NCBI RefSeq assembly: GCF_006345805.1
Contig: NC_043008.1
Span: forward strand, 5,642,001-5,706,000
Direction: 5' to 3'
Length of the DNA: 64,000 nucleotides
From: Octopus sinensis
Lineage: Eukaryota
Under the pieces are notes generated by a model. The model was given only the letters and a program-made list of their open reading frames with translations. It ran no database searches and was not told the origin of the DNA. Made by a program: the position numbers and the translations under genes. Below are positions 1 to 12,819 of this stretch, piece by piece (position 1 is the first letter of the stretch; the number at the start of each line of letters is the position of its first letter).

Positions 1-198
1 ATGCCAAATAATGAAAACATTCCAGTAGATTGAGCTTCTATAAAAACAGAAAATATACCTGACACCAGTATATTACTGGTAATTATGGCATGATTTCAAT
101 GGTTATAACACAATTTGGATGTGTGATAGCTGCATCATAGCACACGGTTTCGTACCATCTCATGAGTGAGTAGTTAATATGTACGTACCCGCTGCCAG

Positions 199-502
199 AG
201 TGGAGGCACATGGCCTAGTGGTTAGAGCGGCGGACTCGCGGTCGAGGGATCGCAAGTTCGAATCTCAGACCGGGCGATGTGTGTTTATGAGCGAAACACC
301 TAAGCTTCACGCGGCTCCGGCAGAAGGTAATGGCGAACTTCTATTGACTCTTTCGCCACAACTTTCTCTCACTCTTTCCTCCTGCATCTTGCAGCTCACC
401 TGCGACGGACCGACGTCCCGTCCAGGTGGGGAACCTATACACACCACGGAAACCGGGAAACCAGCCCTTATGAGCCAGGCATGGCTCGAGAAAGAACAAA
501 CA
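199..502 (+). mobile_element. tRNA(Arg)-derived SINE, family A, full length
   Basis: A box TGGCCTAGTGG, TCG anticodon-like arm, B box GTTCGAATC; flanked by 12-bp TSD ACCCGCTGCCAG (187-198, 503-514). Confidence 0.9.
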
Positions 503-1109
503 ACCCGCTGCCAGGAATGTGTTTAGTATGTAAAATTGAACTATCCAATAATGTTACACCGATATATTTAGTGACTAATTAATGAGTTTGTGGATAATTA
601 ATGAGTTGGGTGTGGTGTTGATGAAGGAACGAGGACTCCTGAAATATCGTGTATATACTCGTTACCCAATTGTCATCTTTGATTCATTGTTGTTTAGATT
701 CGACGTACTCGGAAAGGAAACGTCGAAGCAAATCAGAGCTGGATTTAATTTCCATAGAAACTTTGTCGAAATAATCTTAACAAGTGTTTTGATAGCACTG
801 CTAACACAGGAGAACGGAGTACCGACTTATGAAGCGTATTATATTATGGTTGCATAACAAAGTACGATGTCCGCACAAATTATTAAACCCTTGAGTGATT
901 TGGCAAAGTTCACTCATATATCGTAATATATCAACGAAGATTGGTCTTAACGTTTGGAAAAAAGCTACCACCAATAAACAACCCGCGTTTATTACATGTA
1001 TTATATGTGTATGTACTTACATGTACATACATACCCACATTCATGTATACCCTGCTGATGCGAATATCTTTTTCTTGTTTTAGTCGTATTTCGGTTTTAT
1101 ATATATATA

Positions 1110-1295
1110 TATCGCCATGATAGATCCTAGTCACTACACATTCTTTATTTTCTCTCCTTGTTCCTTTCTCTGTTCCTTTCTGTGGAAGAGCGTTGGCTCG
1201 AAACGTTAAAGACTTTTTCACTTCGCGACTGTTAAACTAATACATCTGTTTGTTGTCTACACCACCTGTCTTCGTCATTTTTTTGTGAATACTCT
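1110..1295 (+). mobile_element. Short Penelope-like terminal-repeat fragment with degenerate hammerhead motif
   Basis: CTTT-CTGTGGA-A-GAGC-GTTG-GCTC-GAAACGTT-AAAG at 1176-1211; lies between microsatellites; its 3' part recurs inverted at about 51165-51230. Confidence 0.55.
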
Positions 1296-1350
1296 CTTTC
1301 TGTCTGTCTGTCTGTCTACCCTTCTGTCTGTCTGTCTGTTTGTCTGTCTC

Positions 1351-1420
<70 letters not shown>

Positions 1421-1435
1421 CATATATGTGTGTGT

Positions 1436-1469
<34 letters not shown>

Positions 1470-1475
<6 letters not shown>

Positions 1476-1690
1476 CTTTGTGTCAATGTTTGCCCCGCTC
1501 CATCGCTTGACAACCGATGTTGGTGTATTTACGTCCCCGTAACTTGTGGTTCGACAAAAGAAACCGATAAAATAGGTACTAGGCTTACAAAGAATAAGTC
1601 CTGGGTCGATCTGTTCGATTAAAAAACCCTGGAAGGCGGTGCTCCAGCACGGCCGCAGTGAAGGACTGAAACTAGTAAACGAATAAAAGA
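1470..1690 (+). mobile_element. SINE family B, 3' half
   Basis: Matches the 3' half of 4495-4957 (CATCGCTTGACAACCGATG...GGCGGTGCTCCAGCA...GACTGAAAC). Confidence 0.85.
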
Positions 1691-1765
1691 CGAAAGGAAC
1701 ACACACACACACATGCTTGAATGTGTGTGTGTATCTTATATGTATGTATGTATATATATATATGT

Positions 1766-1872
<107 letters not shown>

Positions 1873-1882
1873 GTGTGTGTGT

Positions 1883-2155
1883 GGCGGCGCAATGACCCAG
1901 TGGTCAGGGTAGCGGACTCGCGGTCGTAGGATCGCGGTTTCGATTCCCAGACCGTGCGTTGTGAGTGTTTATTGAGCGAAAAACACCAAAAGTTTCACAA
2001 GGCTCCGGCAGGGGGTGGTGGCGATCCCTGCTGTACTCTTTCGCCACTTTCTGCTCGCGGGGTTAGCGTCATTTGAAGGCTAAAACAATGCGAAACGCAT
2101 TGTGACCAGCGATGTGTAGCAACATCTGATAGCCTGATCGGTCACGGTGATCACG

Positions 2156-2160
<5 letters not shown>
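1883..2160 (+). mobile_element. tRNA(Arg)-derived SINE, family A, alternative 3' tail
   Basis: Same head and core as 199-502 (GCGGACTCGCGGTCG, GTTTCGATTCCCAGACC, GGCTCCGGCAG); tail ends TCACGGTGATCACGGTGAT. Confidence 0.85.
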
Positions 2161-2218
<58 letters not shown>

Positions 2219-2271
2219 TATATGTATGTATACATATATATATATATACACACATACACAGATATGAAAAT

Positions 2272-2545
2272 AAATTATTTTCAAACGCAGAGTGATGCTG
2301 ATAAGCATAAATAGGATAGAACATCCATATATTGCAGAAAAATTTGTTAGCGGCCAATTATGACACTCGAACTCACCTCTCTGTGATTACCGGTCAAGTG
2401 CTTTACCTTTAAGCTAAACTTGATCGGTAATCACAGAAATGTGAGTTCGAGTCTCATGTCTGGCCGCTAGCAAATTTTTCTGCAATATATGGATGTTCTA
2501 TCCTATTTATGCTTATCAGCATTATTCTGCGTTTGAGAATAAATT
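2272..2545. repeat. Long palindrome with about 128-bp arms and 18-nt loop, containing a tRNA-like head
   Basis: 2272-2399 is the reverse complement of 2418-2545 with about 12 mismatches by eye. Confidence 0.92.
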
Positions 2546-2625
2546 GTTTCTATATTTCAATACATCTCAATGCTTCTAAAAAAGCAAATTTAGCTACAAA
2601 AAACCCATTCATTAAAAATATACCT

Positions 2626-2967
2626 TTAATCCCCCTTCGGTCATGAATGACCCTGCGATGGCACCTAGAAAGTTACCCTCCGAGGCACAAGTCCGGGCAA
2701 GGTTGTTTATGGAAGACCAGCAGTCACCTATGCATACCAGCATCCCCTCTCTACGCCACCAGTGTTATCCAAGGGAATGGCAAAGGGACCGATACAGCTT
2801 AGCACCAGTGGCGTCGCAGCTCATTTTTACAGCTGAGTTAACTGGAGCAACGCGAAATAAAGTGTCTTGCTCAAGAACATAAAAAACGCAGCCCGGTCCG
2901 GGAATCGAACTCACAACCTCACGATCGTAAGCTCGACGCTCTAATCTCTGAGCCAAGCACCTTTACA
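2626..2967 (-). mobile_element. tRNA-derived SINE, family D, full length
   Basis: Minus-strand A box TGGCTCAGAGATTAGAGCG and B box GAGTTCGATTCC; core TTGAGCAAGACACTT...ACTCAGCTGT; 12-bp TSD AAAAATATACCT (2614-2625, 2968-2979). Confidence 0.9.
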
Positions 2968-3611
2968 AAAAATATACCTACCATTATAGAAATAACCACC
3001 CATAACGAAACTCAACAACCCCTACTACCAACAACACCCACATATTTTATTTTGTCCATTAACCACCGAGAAAAAAAACCTTCTTACACTCGAACAGTAG
3101 CTCACCAACTGATCAAACACATGCATCCATCAAGTCATATGAACGTAAATATATATATATTTTCTTGAAGAAATTTCACCCACCAAAATTCCAAAGAAAT
3201 ACACATTGCTGCACACACACGCATATGCGCGCACGCACATTCCTTCACAGTTACCGTCCATAAGAAGATTGAATGAAGAACAGATGTTTTCGCCAAGCAA
3301 TACTCAACCCAATCATTAAGCTGTAAAAATATCACTTTCATAAGAAATATAGCTAAACGATACACTCTTAATTAGTTTTCAAGTAAACCCATTCAAAGAC
3401 ACTTCAATTAAAACATTCAACTCCCACACAAAGAAAAACAAAACAAATATAAATAAAATGCCATCTTTAAACTCATCAACTAATCATAAATTAATGACAT
3501 TTCGCTCACCACCAATAATTGCAAGAAATACAGAGAGAAAACCGCAGAAATAAGACATTGAGCCAATGAAAAACACGAAAGCAAACCATGAAAAAAAACA
3601 AGAACTATATC

Positions 3612-3624
3612 TGACACACACACA

Positions 3625-3659
<35 letters not shown>

Positions 3660-3840
3660 CACACACACACACACACACACACAAGCACACACACACACAC
3701 ACACACACACATGCAAAATTATACACTTATTCATATACGCCCACATATATATATCTGTGTGTGTGTATATATATATATGTATGTATATTTATATATATAT
3801 ATATATTATATATTATATATATATAATATATATATATATA

Positions 3841-3886
<46 letters not shown>

Positions 3887-4150
3887 ATATACAATATATA
3901 ATTAATTATATATATATATATATTATATATATATATATTATATATATATATATTATATATATATATATATCCATAGGCATATGTACATATATACACAATA
4001 CACTTAAAAATTTACACACTTACACATATACATACATATATGTATATACATACACACAAACACACAAATATATGCATATACACACGCACAAGAGCAACAC
4101 ACACGTATATACACACATTTATAGCTATACGCATGCAGACATACATATAT
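3612..4150. repeat. Compound (CA)n/(TA)n microsatellite
   Basis: Directly visible dinucleotide arrays. Confidence 0.95.
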
Positions 4151-4494
4151 ATTCAAATATAAAATAATATACACAGTTAATTTAAGACTAAATTCGAGAA
4201 CGAAATTAATTAAAACGAAATAATACAAAATAAAAGATTAAGTGTAAAATATTCAACTGATAGATTAAAATGCTTGATTGGAGTAATAAATGAAACGAAG
4301 AGAAAGATTTTAAATGGAGGATATAAAATTCACGAACAATTATCCGATGCATAGACAGAGATAAATTCAATAGAGTCGTAAATATATGGACGAGCATACA
4401 TATACATATCTATACATATAAATTTGACATGGGCGATACTTTCTTGTCTTGGGGTTCGCGGTCAAACGGGTGCGTGGAATTGCGCGAAAAAATA

Positions 4495-4654
4495 CACAGG
4501 AGTGGCTGTGTGGTAAGTAGCTTGCTAACCAACCACATGGTTCTGGGTTCAATCCCACTGCGTGGCATCTTGGGCAAGTGTCTTCTGCTATAGCCCCGGG
4601 CCGACCAATGCCTTGTGAGTGGATTTGGTAGACGGAAACTGAAAGAAGCCTGTC

Positions 4655-4722
<68 letters not shown>

Positions 4723-4957
4723 TATATATACATATGTGTGTGTTTGTGTGTCTGTGTTTGTCCCCTTAGCATTGCTTGACAACCGATGCTGGTGTGTGTT
4801 TACGTCCCCGTCACTTAGCGGTTCGGCAAAAGAGACCGATAGAATAAGTACTGGGCTTACAAAGAATAAGTCCCGGGGTCGATTTGCTCGACTAAAGGCG
4901 GTGCTCCAGCATGGCCGCAGTCAAATGACTGAAACAAGTAAAAGAGTAAAAGAGTAA
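4495..4957 (+). mobile_element. SINE family B with internal (TA)n(TG)n tract, full length
   Basis: Head GGAGTGGCTGTGTGGTAAG with B box GGTTCAATCCC, internal microsatellite, tail (GTAAAAGA)n; many copies in window. Confidence 0.9.
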
Positions 4958-4971
4958 AGATGTGTAGAATG

Positions 4972-5277
4972 AACTATAGCCTCTGGCCGACCAAAGCCTC
5001 GTCAGTGGATTTGGTGGACGGAAACTGAAAGAAGCCCGTCGCATATATATATATGTGTGTGTGTGTATATGTTTGTGTGTCTGTGTTTGTCCTCCCAACA
5101 TCGCTTGACAACCGATGCTGGTGTGTTTACGTCCTCGAAACTTAGCGGTTCGGCAAAGCAGACCGATAGAATAAGTACTAGGCTTACAAAGAATAAATCC
5201 TGGGGTCGATTTGCTCGACTAAATGCGGTGCTCAAGCATGGCCACAGTCAAATGACTGAAACAAATAAAAGAGTAAA
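4972..5277 (+). mobile_element. SINE family B, 5'-truncated tandem copy
   Basis: Repeats 4588-4957 immediately downstream. Confidence 0.88.
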
Positions 5278-5435
5278 GGCAGAATTTGAACCCGGAACGT
5301 CAAGACTGAAATGCTTCTAAGCATTTTCCCCGGCGTGCTAAACATTCTGCCTGCTCGCCGCCTTATCGGATCAAAGATATTGTTAATACAACTGTCTTTC
5401 TACATATAACTGCTTAAATATCTGCTTTTCTATCA

Positions 5436-5436
<1 letters not shown>

Positions 5437-5496
<60 letters not shown>

Positions 5497-6130
5497 TATA
5501 TACATACATACATTCACACACATACATACATACATACATACATACATACATACATACATACATACATACATACATACGTACATACGTACATACATACATA
5601 CATACATACATACATACACATACATACATACATACATACATGCATACAGACAGACAGACACACACACACACCTATATACATACATACATAATACATACAT
5701 ACATACGTACATACACACACATACATAAATGCATACATACATACATACTTACATACATACGCACACACACACATACACACATACATACACATGCATATAC
5801 ACATACATACACACATACATACATACAAACATACATACATACATACATGCATACAGACAGACAGACACACACACACACCTATATACATACATACATATAC
5901 ATACATACATACGTACATACACACACATACATAAATGCATACATACATACATACATACTTACATACATACGCACACACACACATACACACATACATACAC
6001 ATGCATATACACATACATACACACATACATACATACAAACATACATACATACATAATACATACATACATACATACATACATACATACATACATACAACAT
6101 ACATACATACATACATACATAATACATACA
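5437..6130. repeat. (TACA)n compound microsatellite with a higher-order duplication of about 205 bp
   Basis: Block CATGCATACAGACAGACAGACACACACACAC...CTATATAC recurs near 5640 and 5847. Confidence 0.9.
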
Positions 6131-6864
6131 TATGCTGATAAAAACATATACACCCGCATGCTTTCACTCGCGACCACACATAAACACACACGCTATCAAA
6201 CCTAAGTACACAAAAGTAAATAGTTCAGCTTTAAGGCGGCCATATTTTCTCCTCTGTCTTCCGTTCTGCTGCAAGATCGGTTAATATTTATCTAAAATAA
6301 CTTTAAATCACCCAAAGACAGAAGAAACTCCTATAAAAATACGTAAAGACTTCCTAAATACTGCTTGCAATTAAATTACTTGGGCAATTCTCCAAAACTT
6401 TGAAATAGACAAACCGTTTCTTTAGTATCAACAGACATTTGTATATTGTTTTAGATTCTACTTCGAGTCTCAATCAAAATCGTTTTAGAAGAATTTGTCA
6501 TTAGCATCAGATTCGAATTACTTTGATTTAATGCCATGCAATTTTCCCAAATACCTCTTCAAAATGTTTGCATTCAAATCTACATCTTGGCTACCAATGT
6601 CGACTTATGAAGTTCTATTTTAGTTGAAAATATTCCAGTCTCTATTGAACAACAACATCATTTATAACTTTCAAAAGTGTTGTATGCAAGAATTAACACG
6701 AACTATCATATTTCTGTTGTTTTATATTGTCAAGTGTCTATCAAACTATTCATTGTAGCAGGCGTCTTGACGAGAGAACTTAGAATTGAAGGATTCCGGT
6801 TCACAATAGATTTTCGTTTTGAATTCTTTTCATTCCATCCTCTTAAGACAATTCTCCCTTTAAA

Positions 6865-7428
6865 TCTCTATATATTACACAAAGGATATGTGTGTGTATG
6901 TGTGTGTGTGTGTGTAGTACGTATGCATTTCTAGAGTTTTCAACCAATTTTCACCAAACTTCACACACACATTACTCATGTGCCAAGGATGGTCATGCAC
7001 TATAACATTTTGCCTAGAGCTCCTGCGTAAAGTGAGAAACCGGGGGAAAAGGTGTTTTACAACGGTTTTTTTTTCTAAAAAATTCTGCAGTTTTCAACCG
7101 ATTATCTCCCCTTTCTCTCTCTTTCTCTCATTCTCTGTTTCTCTTGCTTACACATATTCTCTCTCACTCTCTGTAATAGTTCCTTTCTTTTAGTCTATGT
7201 CTGTTTCTTACTCTCTCCCTCTCTTCAACTCACACACTTACTAACTTTTGTCTACAAACTGTTCACAAGACAGTAAAGTGAAAAATTAGAAGAAGGTTTG
7301 ATTAAACATTCTAATTCAACAACCAATTCATTTCAAGCCTTTACTGAATGTCAAAGGGAATTATAGGGACCTCAGCTCTGCAGAGATTTGGTAGAGCTTG
7401 TAACATATGATATGTTAGTCACAGCTAG
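6865..7428 (+). mobile_element. Probable degenerate non-autonomous Helitron
   Basis: A|TCTCTATATA start, (TG)n, CAACCAATTTTCACCAAACTT block similar to 5' part of the 32166-32551 element; possible CTAG end at 7425-7428 without a clear hairpin. Confidence 0.4.
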
Positions 7429-7456
7429 ACATATGGTGACCTACCAGCGTTTAAAT

Positions 7457-7775
7457 AAGGGGTCCTCAACCATTTTTAATCTATGGACCCCCGTAGTCAT
7501 TCAATGTTGAAATTCTAGTTCTATAGAAACTTCTTTGAAAATTTCTATTTTGTTTTTTTTACACATTAACTTGTGAGGTTTGAACCATGTAAAATGTCAG
7601 AGAAAGAAACCCAGCTGTTTCTTGCAATACATACCATTACATACATCTAAAGTAATTTTTTTCAGGGGCCCTTAAAATACTATTGTGGATCCCCAATTTA
7701 CTATTTTATTATGCAGACCCCCAAAATTTCATGTGGTGTCTTAGGGGCCATATGAACCCCCGTTGAAATCCACTG
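7457..7775. mobile_element. hAT (Charlie-like) MITE
   Basis: Imperfect TIRs AGGGGTCCTCAAC / GTTGAAATCCACTG, internal ATGGACCCC motifs, 8-bp TSD GTTTAAAT / GTTTGAAT. Confidence 0.75.
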
Positions 7776-7828
7776 GTTTGAATGATCAGTTCGAGTAGAG
7801 CTAGCTCGGCACAAAACAACAACTAGTA

Positions 7829-7829
<1 letters not shown>

Positions 7830-7861
<32 letters not shown>

Positions 7862-8212
7862 AGCGAACGGTCTTCGTCCCAGAGGTCGCAAGATGGGAGA
7901 AGTCCGAAACGTGGTCCTTTGCTATTCGTAAGACCCGCAGAAGAGAAAGCAGGTCAACCCCCGACACCGAGAGCATCGACGGATGGATGAATGCGCATCC
8001 AGGCTCAGCGGTTGCGTAGGAAGTTGGGGACAAGAAACAGGAAGAAAGAGTGAGAGAAAGTTGGGGGCGAAAGAGTACAACAGGGGTTTCCACCACCCCC
8101 TGCCGGAGCCTCGTGGAGCTTTAGGTGTTCTCGCTCAATAAACACACACAACGCCCGGTCTGGGAATCGAAACCGCGATCCTCCGACCGCGAGTCCGCTG
8201 CCCTAACCATTG
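7830..8212 (-). mobile_element. tRNA(Arg)-derived SINE, family A, third tail type
   Basis: Reverse complement of family A head and core at 8040-8212; different body ending in (CAACAG)n. Confidence 0.85.
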
Positions 8213-8283
8213 CTGCTATAAACTTTCTCGGCAAATCGAGACGATATCCTACTTTTACTGCCTGTTAGAACAATATCACTGGA

Positions 8284-8673
8284 CTAGCAGTATCGCCCGG
8301 CGTTGCACGGGTTTGTTTCTACCCTTTAGAATTGGAATTTTTGAAAAGTAAAACTTTTGCATCATGTAGCTTGTTATTCTCTTTAAGTGAACATTTTTCT
8401 GGTTGAAATACACCGAAAAATGGCGACACAGCAGTGAAAAAATCGTAAAAAATCGGTATTTTCATTGAAAAAAAGCACCTTTTTGATGCAAATAGTTTTT
8501 GGGTGTTAACATGGTCCTATTTGAATTTTTTCTTCTGCGGAAGGAGGAGCAAGCCTTCTATCATAATCTCAATTTTGGTCAATTTGCGCCGCAGGGTCTC
8601 GGAGGAGATAGTGTTAGTTCAAGGCTATCAAACCTGCCATACACAGACAACTTCAGCTTTATATATAGAGAGA
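8284..8673 (-). mobile_element. Non-autonomous Helitron
   Basis: Minus strand reads A|TC...CCCGTGCAACGCCGGG hairpin...CTAG|T, no TSD; colinear with 55659-56048. Confidence 0.85.
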
Positions 8674-9559
8674 TTGACAGCAGTAATATTTCAAAATTAA
8701 TTAAACACTATTTTGTGCATCAGTTTCCACGACAAGATACGGCAACATAACATAAGCAAGAAAAATATTTCCATGCTTTGTTTTCGGGGGAAGATAATTA
8801 TAACATGTGCGTCACAATGTGAGCCGACTTCAAGAAACCAGATCGGTAAAGCGATATATTATTTTCTTAAAAACGAGAGATAAAAATATTCAGTAAATTT
8901 GTCCAGAAGAATTTGCATCCTTTCTTTCATTCCATTTCATAATTAAAACTTATTTCTTGAAAGAATAATGGCTGATATATTTCCTTCTATTTAATTTATC
9001 ATCATTTTTCTATTTTATATGGTATTATTTGAGTATTAGTGCTTTAGACATGATTATTCTGTCCAAAAAAGAAATAATGAATATATATTTTCGTAGTTCT
9101 AAGATTAGGAAAATATATTTTCCAAAAATATTGAAATATATACGAATATTTACATATGTGAAAATATCTTTTTTTTGTTTCCTGGATTATGCGTTGCATT
9201 ATTTTAGACATTGTAGGTTTATGTTACTTTATAGAAGCAAATATAGGAAAAGTAGCAAAAGTATTAATTCCTTATCGAAATAAAACCATTTCTTAAAAAA
9301 ATTCTGAAGTTTAACTCTCGGCAAATGAACAAACATGTTAGGCTACCGACCAAAGATCTGCGCATCTACCAAATGCATGCAGCAGCCTTCAATAAAGTAT
9401 ATTACAAGGGATTCGAGAGGGTTGCTCACTGAAGTACCACCACCACTACCACCACCAACAACAACAACAACATCAACACCACTACTACTGCTCCTACTAG
9501 TACCACTAGTACCAACATCAACACGTGATTCATATCGAGCCCTTCTGGGTATTAGCGCG

Positions 9560-9811
9560 CGTCTACGATGAGTCGACGATTTAAAAAAAAATACCATCAT
9601 TTTTTCCCATTTTTAATGCATTTTTTTGCTATTATATAAGGGAAGTAACTCTCTAAAAATGTATTATTAAATCTCAGAACGTAAAAAGCTACAGTAACAC
9701 ACCCCCTTTGTGGTTAGCTATATTGAGATGGCTATTATACTTTACATCTCTAAAAATGCTTATATAGTTATTTCCCTTACAAACCCGAGCAACGCCGGGC
9801 GATACTGCTAG
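9560..9811 (+). mobile_element. Non-autonomous Helitron, 3' portion
   Basis: Ends CCCGAGCAACGCCGGGCGATACTGCTAG|T; subterminal block shared with 32166-32551; 5' boundary uncertain. Confidence 0.8.
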
Positions 9812-10537
9812 TTTATAATAATTAAAAAATTAGAAGGAACATACATACATAGATGCAGACACTTGGCAGTGTGTATCAACAACTCAGCCACCGTACCAGC
9901 TCAACTACATATTTATAAACACCGGGAATTCTCTCAACTCAAAATGTCTGTTGGTGACCGGCTTGAACTGTCTTAAGAAGCACTAAAATAAAACTCAAAG
10001 GCAAAACATATAAGACACAACAGTTCCTTTATCTGTTGTATGGAACATCCTTTCTGTATATATATTCCAATAGTTTACTTTGTGAGATGTCATTTTCTGA
10101 ATTCAAAAGCCTTCTATTTGGAAGTGTGTAATGTCATGATGACTTGTAAATTTCCAGAAATAGATAAATTCAAATGCTAAATCGAAAGCAACGTCAATAC
10201 CATTTTTGTTACATAGAAACATTTGTTGATTTTCCGCTTTTTAAAGCCGATATTAGCTTCCCGTTTATATATTTTTTTCTTCCAATGCTTTAATCGAGTA
10301 TTATCTGTTTTCTATTTACGAACTCTGAGCGGGGTTTTTTTTTTATATATATTTCGTTTGTGAAAGCAAAATAAGTTTTCATGTTTCAAGAAACAGAATG
10401 CCTTTCCTGCCGCCGAATAATAAAATATCTTTATTAAAAGATTCTGGATTTCTTCTGACACATGTTCAAACATTCATATCTTCGAGGACTGATATCTATC
10501 TATGTATTTATCCCTCGCCTTTCTTTCTTTCTTTCAT

Positions 10538-10598
<61 letters not shown>

Positions 10599-10827
10599 TT
10601 TCTTTCTTTGTGTGTGTGTGTGTGTGCGTGTGTGTATGTATTTGTTTGTCTGTCTGTCTTTGGTTATTTATCAAATCATAAAACTTCGTGTCTAGCTAAA
10701 AGAGAAGAGACTTCATTGGTCTTTTGATAACGAGGTAGTTGGTTTCTTGATGCGCGCGCACACAAACCACCTTCTGTCGGGGTTAAAGTTTGCATAGTGT
10801 TACGGTAAAAAAAAACAAAAAACAACG

Positions 10828-11042
10828 ATTCTTTCTACTATAGACACAAAACCGGAAATTTGTGTGGAAGGAAGTTGTCAATTATATCGACCCCAGTCCT
10901 CGACTGGTACTTATTTTATCGGCCCCTAAAGGATAAAAAGCAAAGTGGACCTCACCGGAATTTGAACTTATAACGTAATGACAGACAAAAAGCCGCTAAG
11001 CATTCTGTCCGCTGTGCTAACGATTCTGCCAGTTCGCCACCT
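10828..11042 (-). mobile_element. SINE family C, diverged
   Basis: Reverse complement of GGCGAACTGGCAGAATCGTTAGCAC...GTTCAAATTCC...AAGTACCAGT. Confidence 0.8.
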
Positions 11043-11163
11043 TCCAAAGCCCGCGAGGACGACAAAGGACCTTACGGAAAACAAGAAGAAAAAAAAAACC
11101 CGGTGAGTTTTTAACCAAAAACAACAAAAAGTCTTTGAACACAATAAAAATAAAAACACAGTT

Positions 11164-11271
11164 CAACTAAAATTGGAAGAAAAAAAATACTAGTCCAACT
11201 AAAATTGGAAGAAAAAAAATACTAGTCCAACTAAAATTGGAAGAAAAAAAATACTAGTCCAACTAAAATTG
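11164..11271. repeat. 32-bp tandem repeat, 3.4 copies
   Basis: Unit CAACTAAAATTGGAAGAAAAAAAATACTAGTC, identical copies. Confidence 0.95.
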
Positions 11272-11339
11272 TCCAGCAAAAGTGTGGTATATGCGGGAGA
11301 TTTGAAATGAGGACGCCTACCTTCTCAATCAAGCAATAA

Positions 11340-12560
11340 AAATATTTTTGTGTCGTTTGTGGTAATCCTCAAGAATAACTTTACTGACTAAAAGTCGATC
11401 ATCACAACCAAATGGGCCACGTTTATAGCCTTTTTGTTCATTAGGGAAATATCTTGTTATCCATCAGGAAGATATATGTTTATACTGTAATGGTGGATGT
11501 TACTATTTTGTATTGGGTTGTCCGGAAAGTTCGTGCCGATTTATATCAGTTTACATTTCAACTTATTTTAGAACATGGTTGAGTCTATAAAATAGTATTT
11601 GACTACACCTCCATTTAGAGCACAGTCTAAGCTATCTTTTCGTGGAAGAAGGTTTATGTTCCTATAAACTGTGTTAATTCTGTATCCTTTTAAAATGGAA
11701 GATAAGAAAGTTCATTTTCGGCACTTGATGTTTTGGGAACCAGACAAAAATTGCTGTAGTTCGGCTGGGATGTGTTGCCCCACCCTCCATATTCACCAGA
11801 TATTGCTCCTTCGGATTTCCACTTATTCAGGTCTCTGCAGAATAGTCTTACTGGTAAAAATTCCTTCGATGACGTAAAAAGCTACCTTGATGAATTCTTT
11901 GCCATGAAACCACGTCAATTCTGGGAAGAGGGTATTTTCAAGTTAAAAGGAAGATGGAGACGCATCGTGCAACAAAATGGTTCATATTTGGTTGATTAAA
12001 AATGTAATGGCAAGTATTTATTGACCTGTTTCTTTCCTTTAAAAATCGGCACGAACTTTCCGACAACCCAATACATGGTTGTAAGATATGCAATCGTTCG
12101 GTAGTTTTGGGGGTCTTTAGATTTGTTATTTTGGGTCGTATGTTTACTCCATTTACAAACCGGAAAGGGATTTTCCTAGGGTTATGCATAACACTGTTGA
12201 AGAGATGGATTAGTTTCCCGAGAGATTCAGTGAAAGCAATCAGCCAGAAGTTTGGAATTTTATCTTTTCCAGGTAATTTCCATTTCCTAGATTTTCTCAG
12301 TACAATCCTGTGATCTCCAATAGAGATATCTCTCCATATTTGTTCTTTAATATTTCCAGAGTCACTGACTTGTTGATAAATCCTAGGAACATCACGATTG
12401 CGTTCTTCAGGATGTAACCAGATCGATTTCCAAAACTTTTCTACATTCGGTAGATGTGATCTTAATAGTTATATCAGCTTGAGCAATTTTCCCATAAGAC
12501 TTGATTGTTTTTTTTCAATTGCTTCATCGATTTCGCTTATTATTTTCCAGATTCTTAGAT
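11340..12560 (-). pseudogene. R4/Dong-like non-LTR reverse transcriptase relic interrupted by a mariner element
   Basis: Frameshifted minus-strand peptides VEKFWKSIW, PGKDKIPNFWL, DPQNYRTIAYLTTMY|KIVTS, EQKGYKRGPFGCDDRLLVSKVILED match early RT subdomains of REL-type elements. Confidence 0.8.
11513..12071 (+). mobile_element. Internally deleted mariner transposon
   Basis: TIRs TTGGGTTGTCCGGAAAGTTCGTGCCGATTT / AAATCGGCACGAACTTTCCGACAACCCAA, TA TSD; N-terminal MEDKKVHFRHLMFWE joined to GWDVLPHPPYSPDIAPSDFHLF...RWRRIVQQNGSY. Confidence 0.95.
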
Positions 12561-12579
12561 TTTAGTATCTTAACATTCT

Positions 12580-12810
12580 ACCACCACTACCACCACCACC
12601 ACTACCACCACCACCACCATTCATCATCATCATAATCATCATCATCATCACCACCATCATCATCATCGTCATCGTCATCGCCATCGTCATCGCCATCGTC
12701 ATCATCATCATCATCATCATCACCACCACCACCATCAACATCATCATTCTTATTCTTCATCACTCTTATTCTTAATATTATTAATCAATAATAATAATAA
12801 TAATAATAAT
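12580..12810. repeat. (CAC)n/(CAT)n/(AAT)n trinucleotide arrays
   Basis: Directly visible. Confidence 0.95.
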
Positions 12811-12819
12811 GATATCGAA

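Noticed and set aside
179-526. 115-aa ORF and apparent tRNA-Arg gene
   Set aside because: Lies within a SINE with TSDs; no acceptor stem closure or Pol III terminator of a true tRNA
698-774. Possible plus-strand terminal exon (DSTYSERKRRSKSELDLISIETLSK*)
   Set aside because: Short, no compatible upstream exon in window, no recognisable homology
11164-11271. 32-bp direct repeats resembling a CRISPR array
   Set aside because: Units are contiguous without spacers; eukaryotic context, no cas genes
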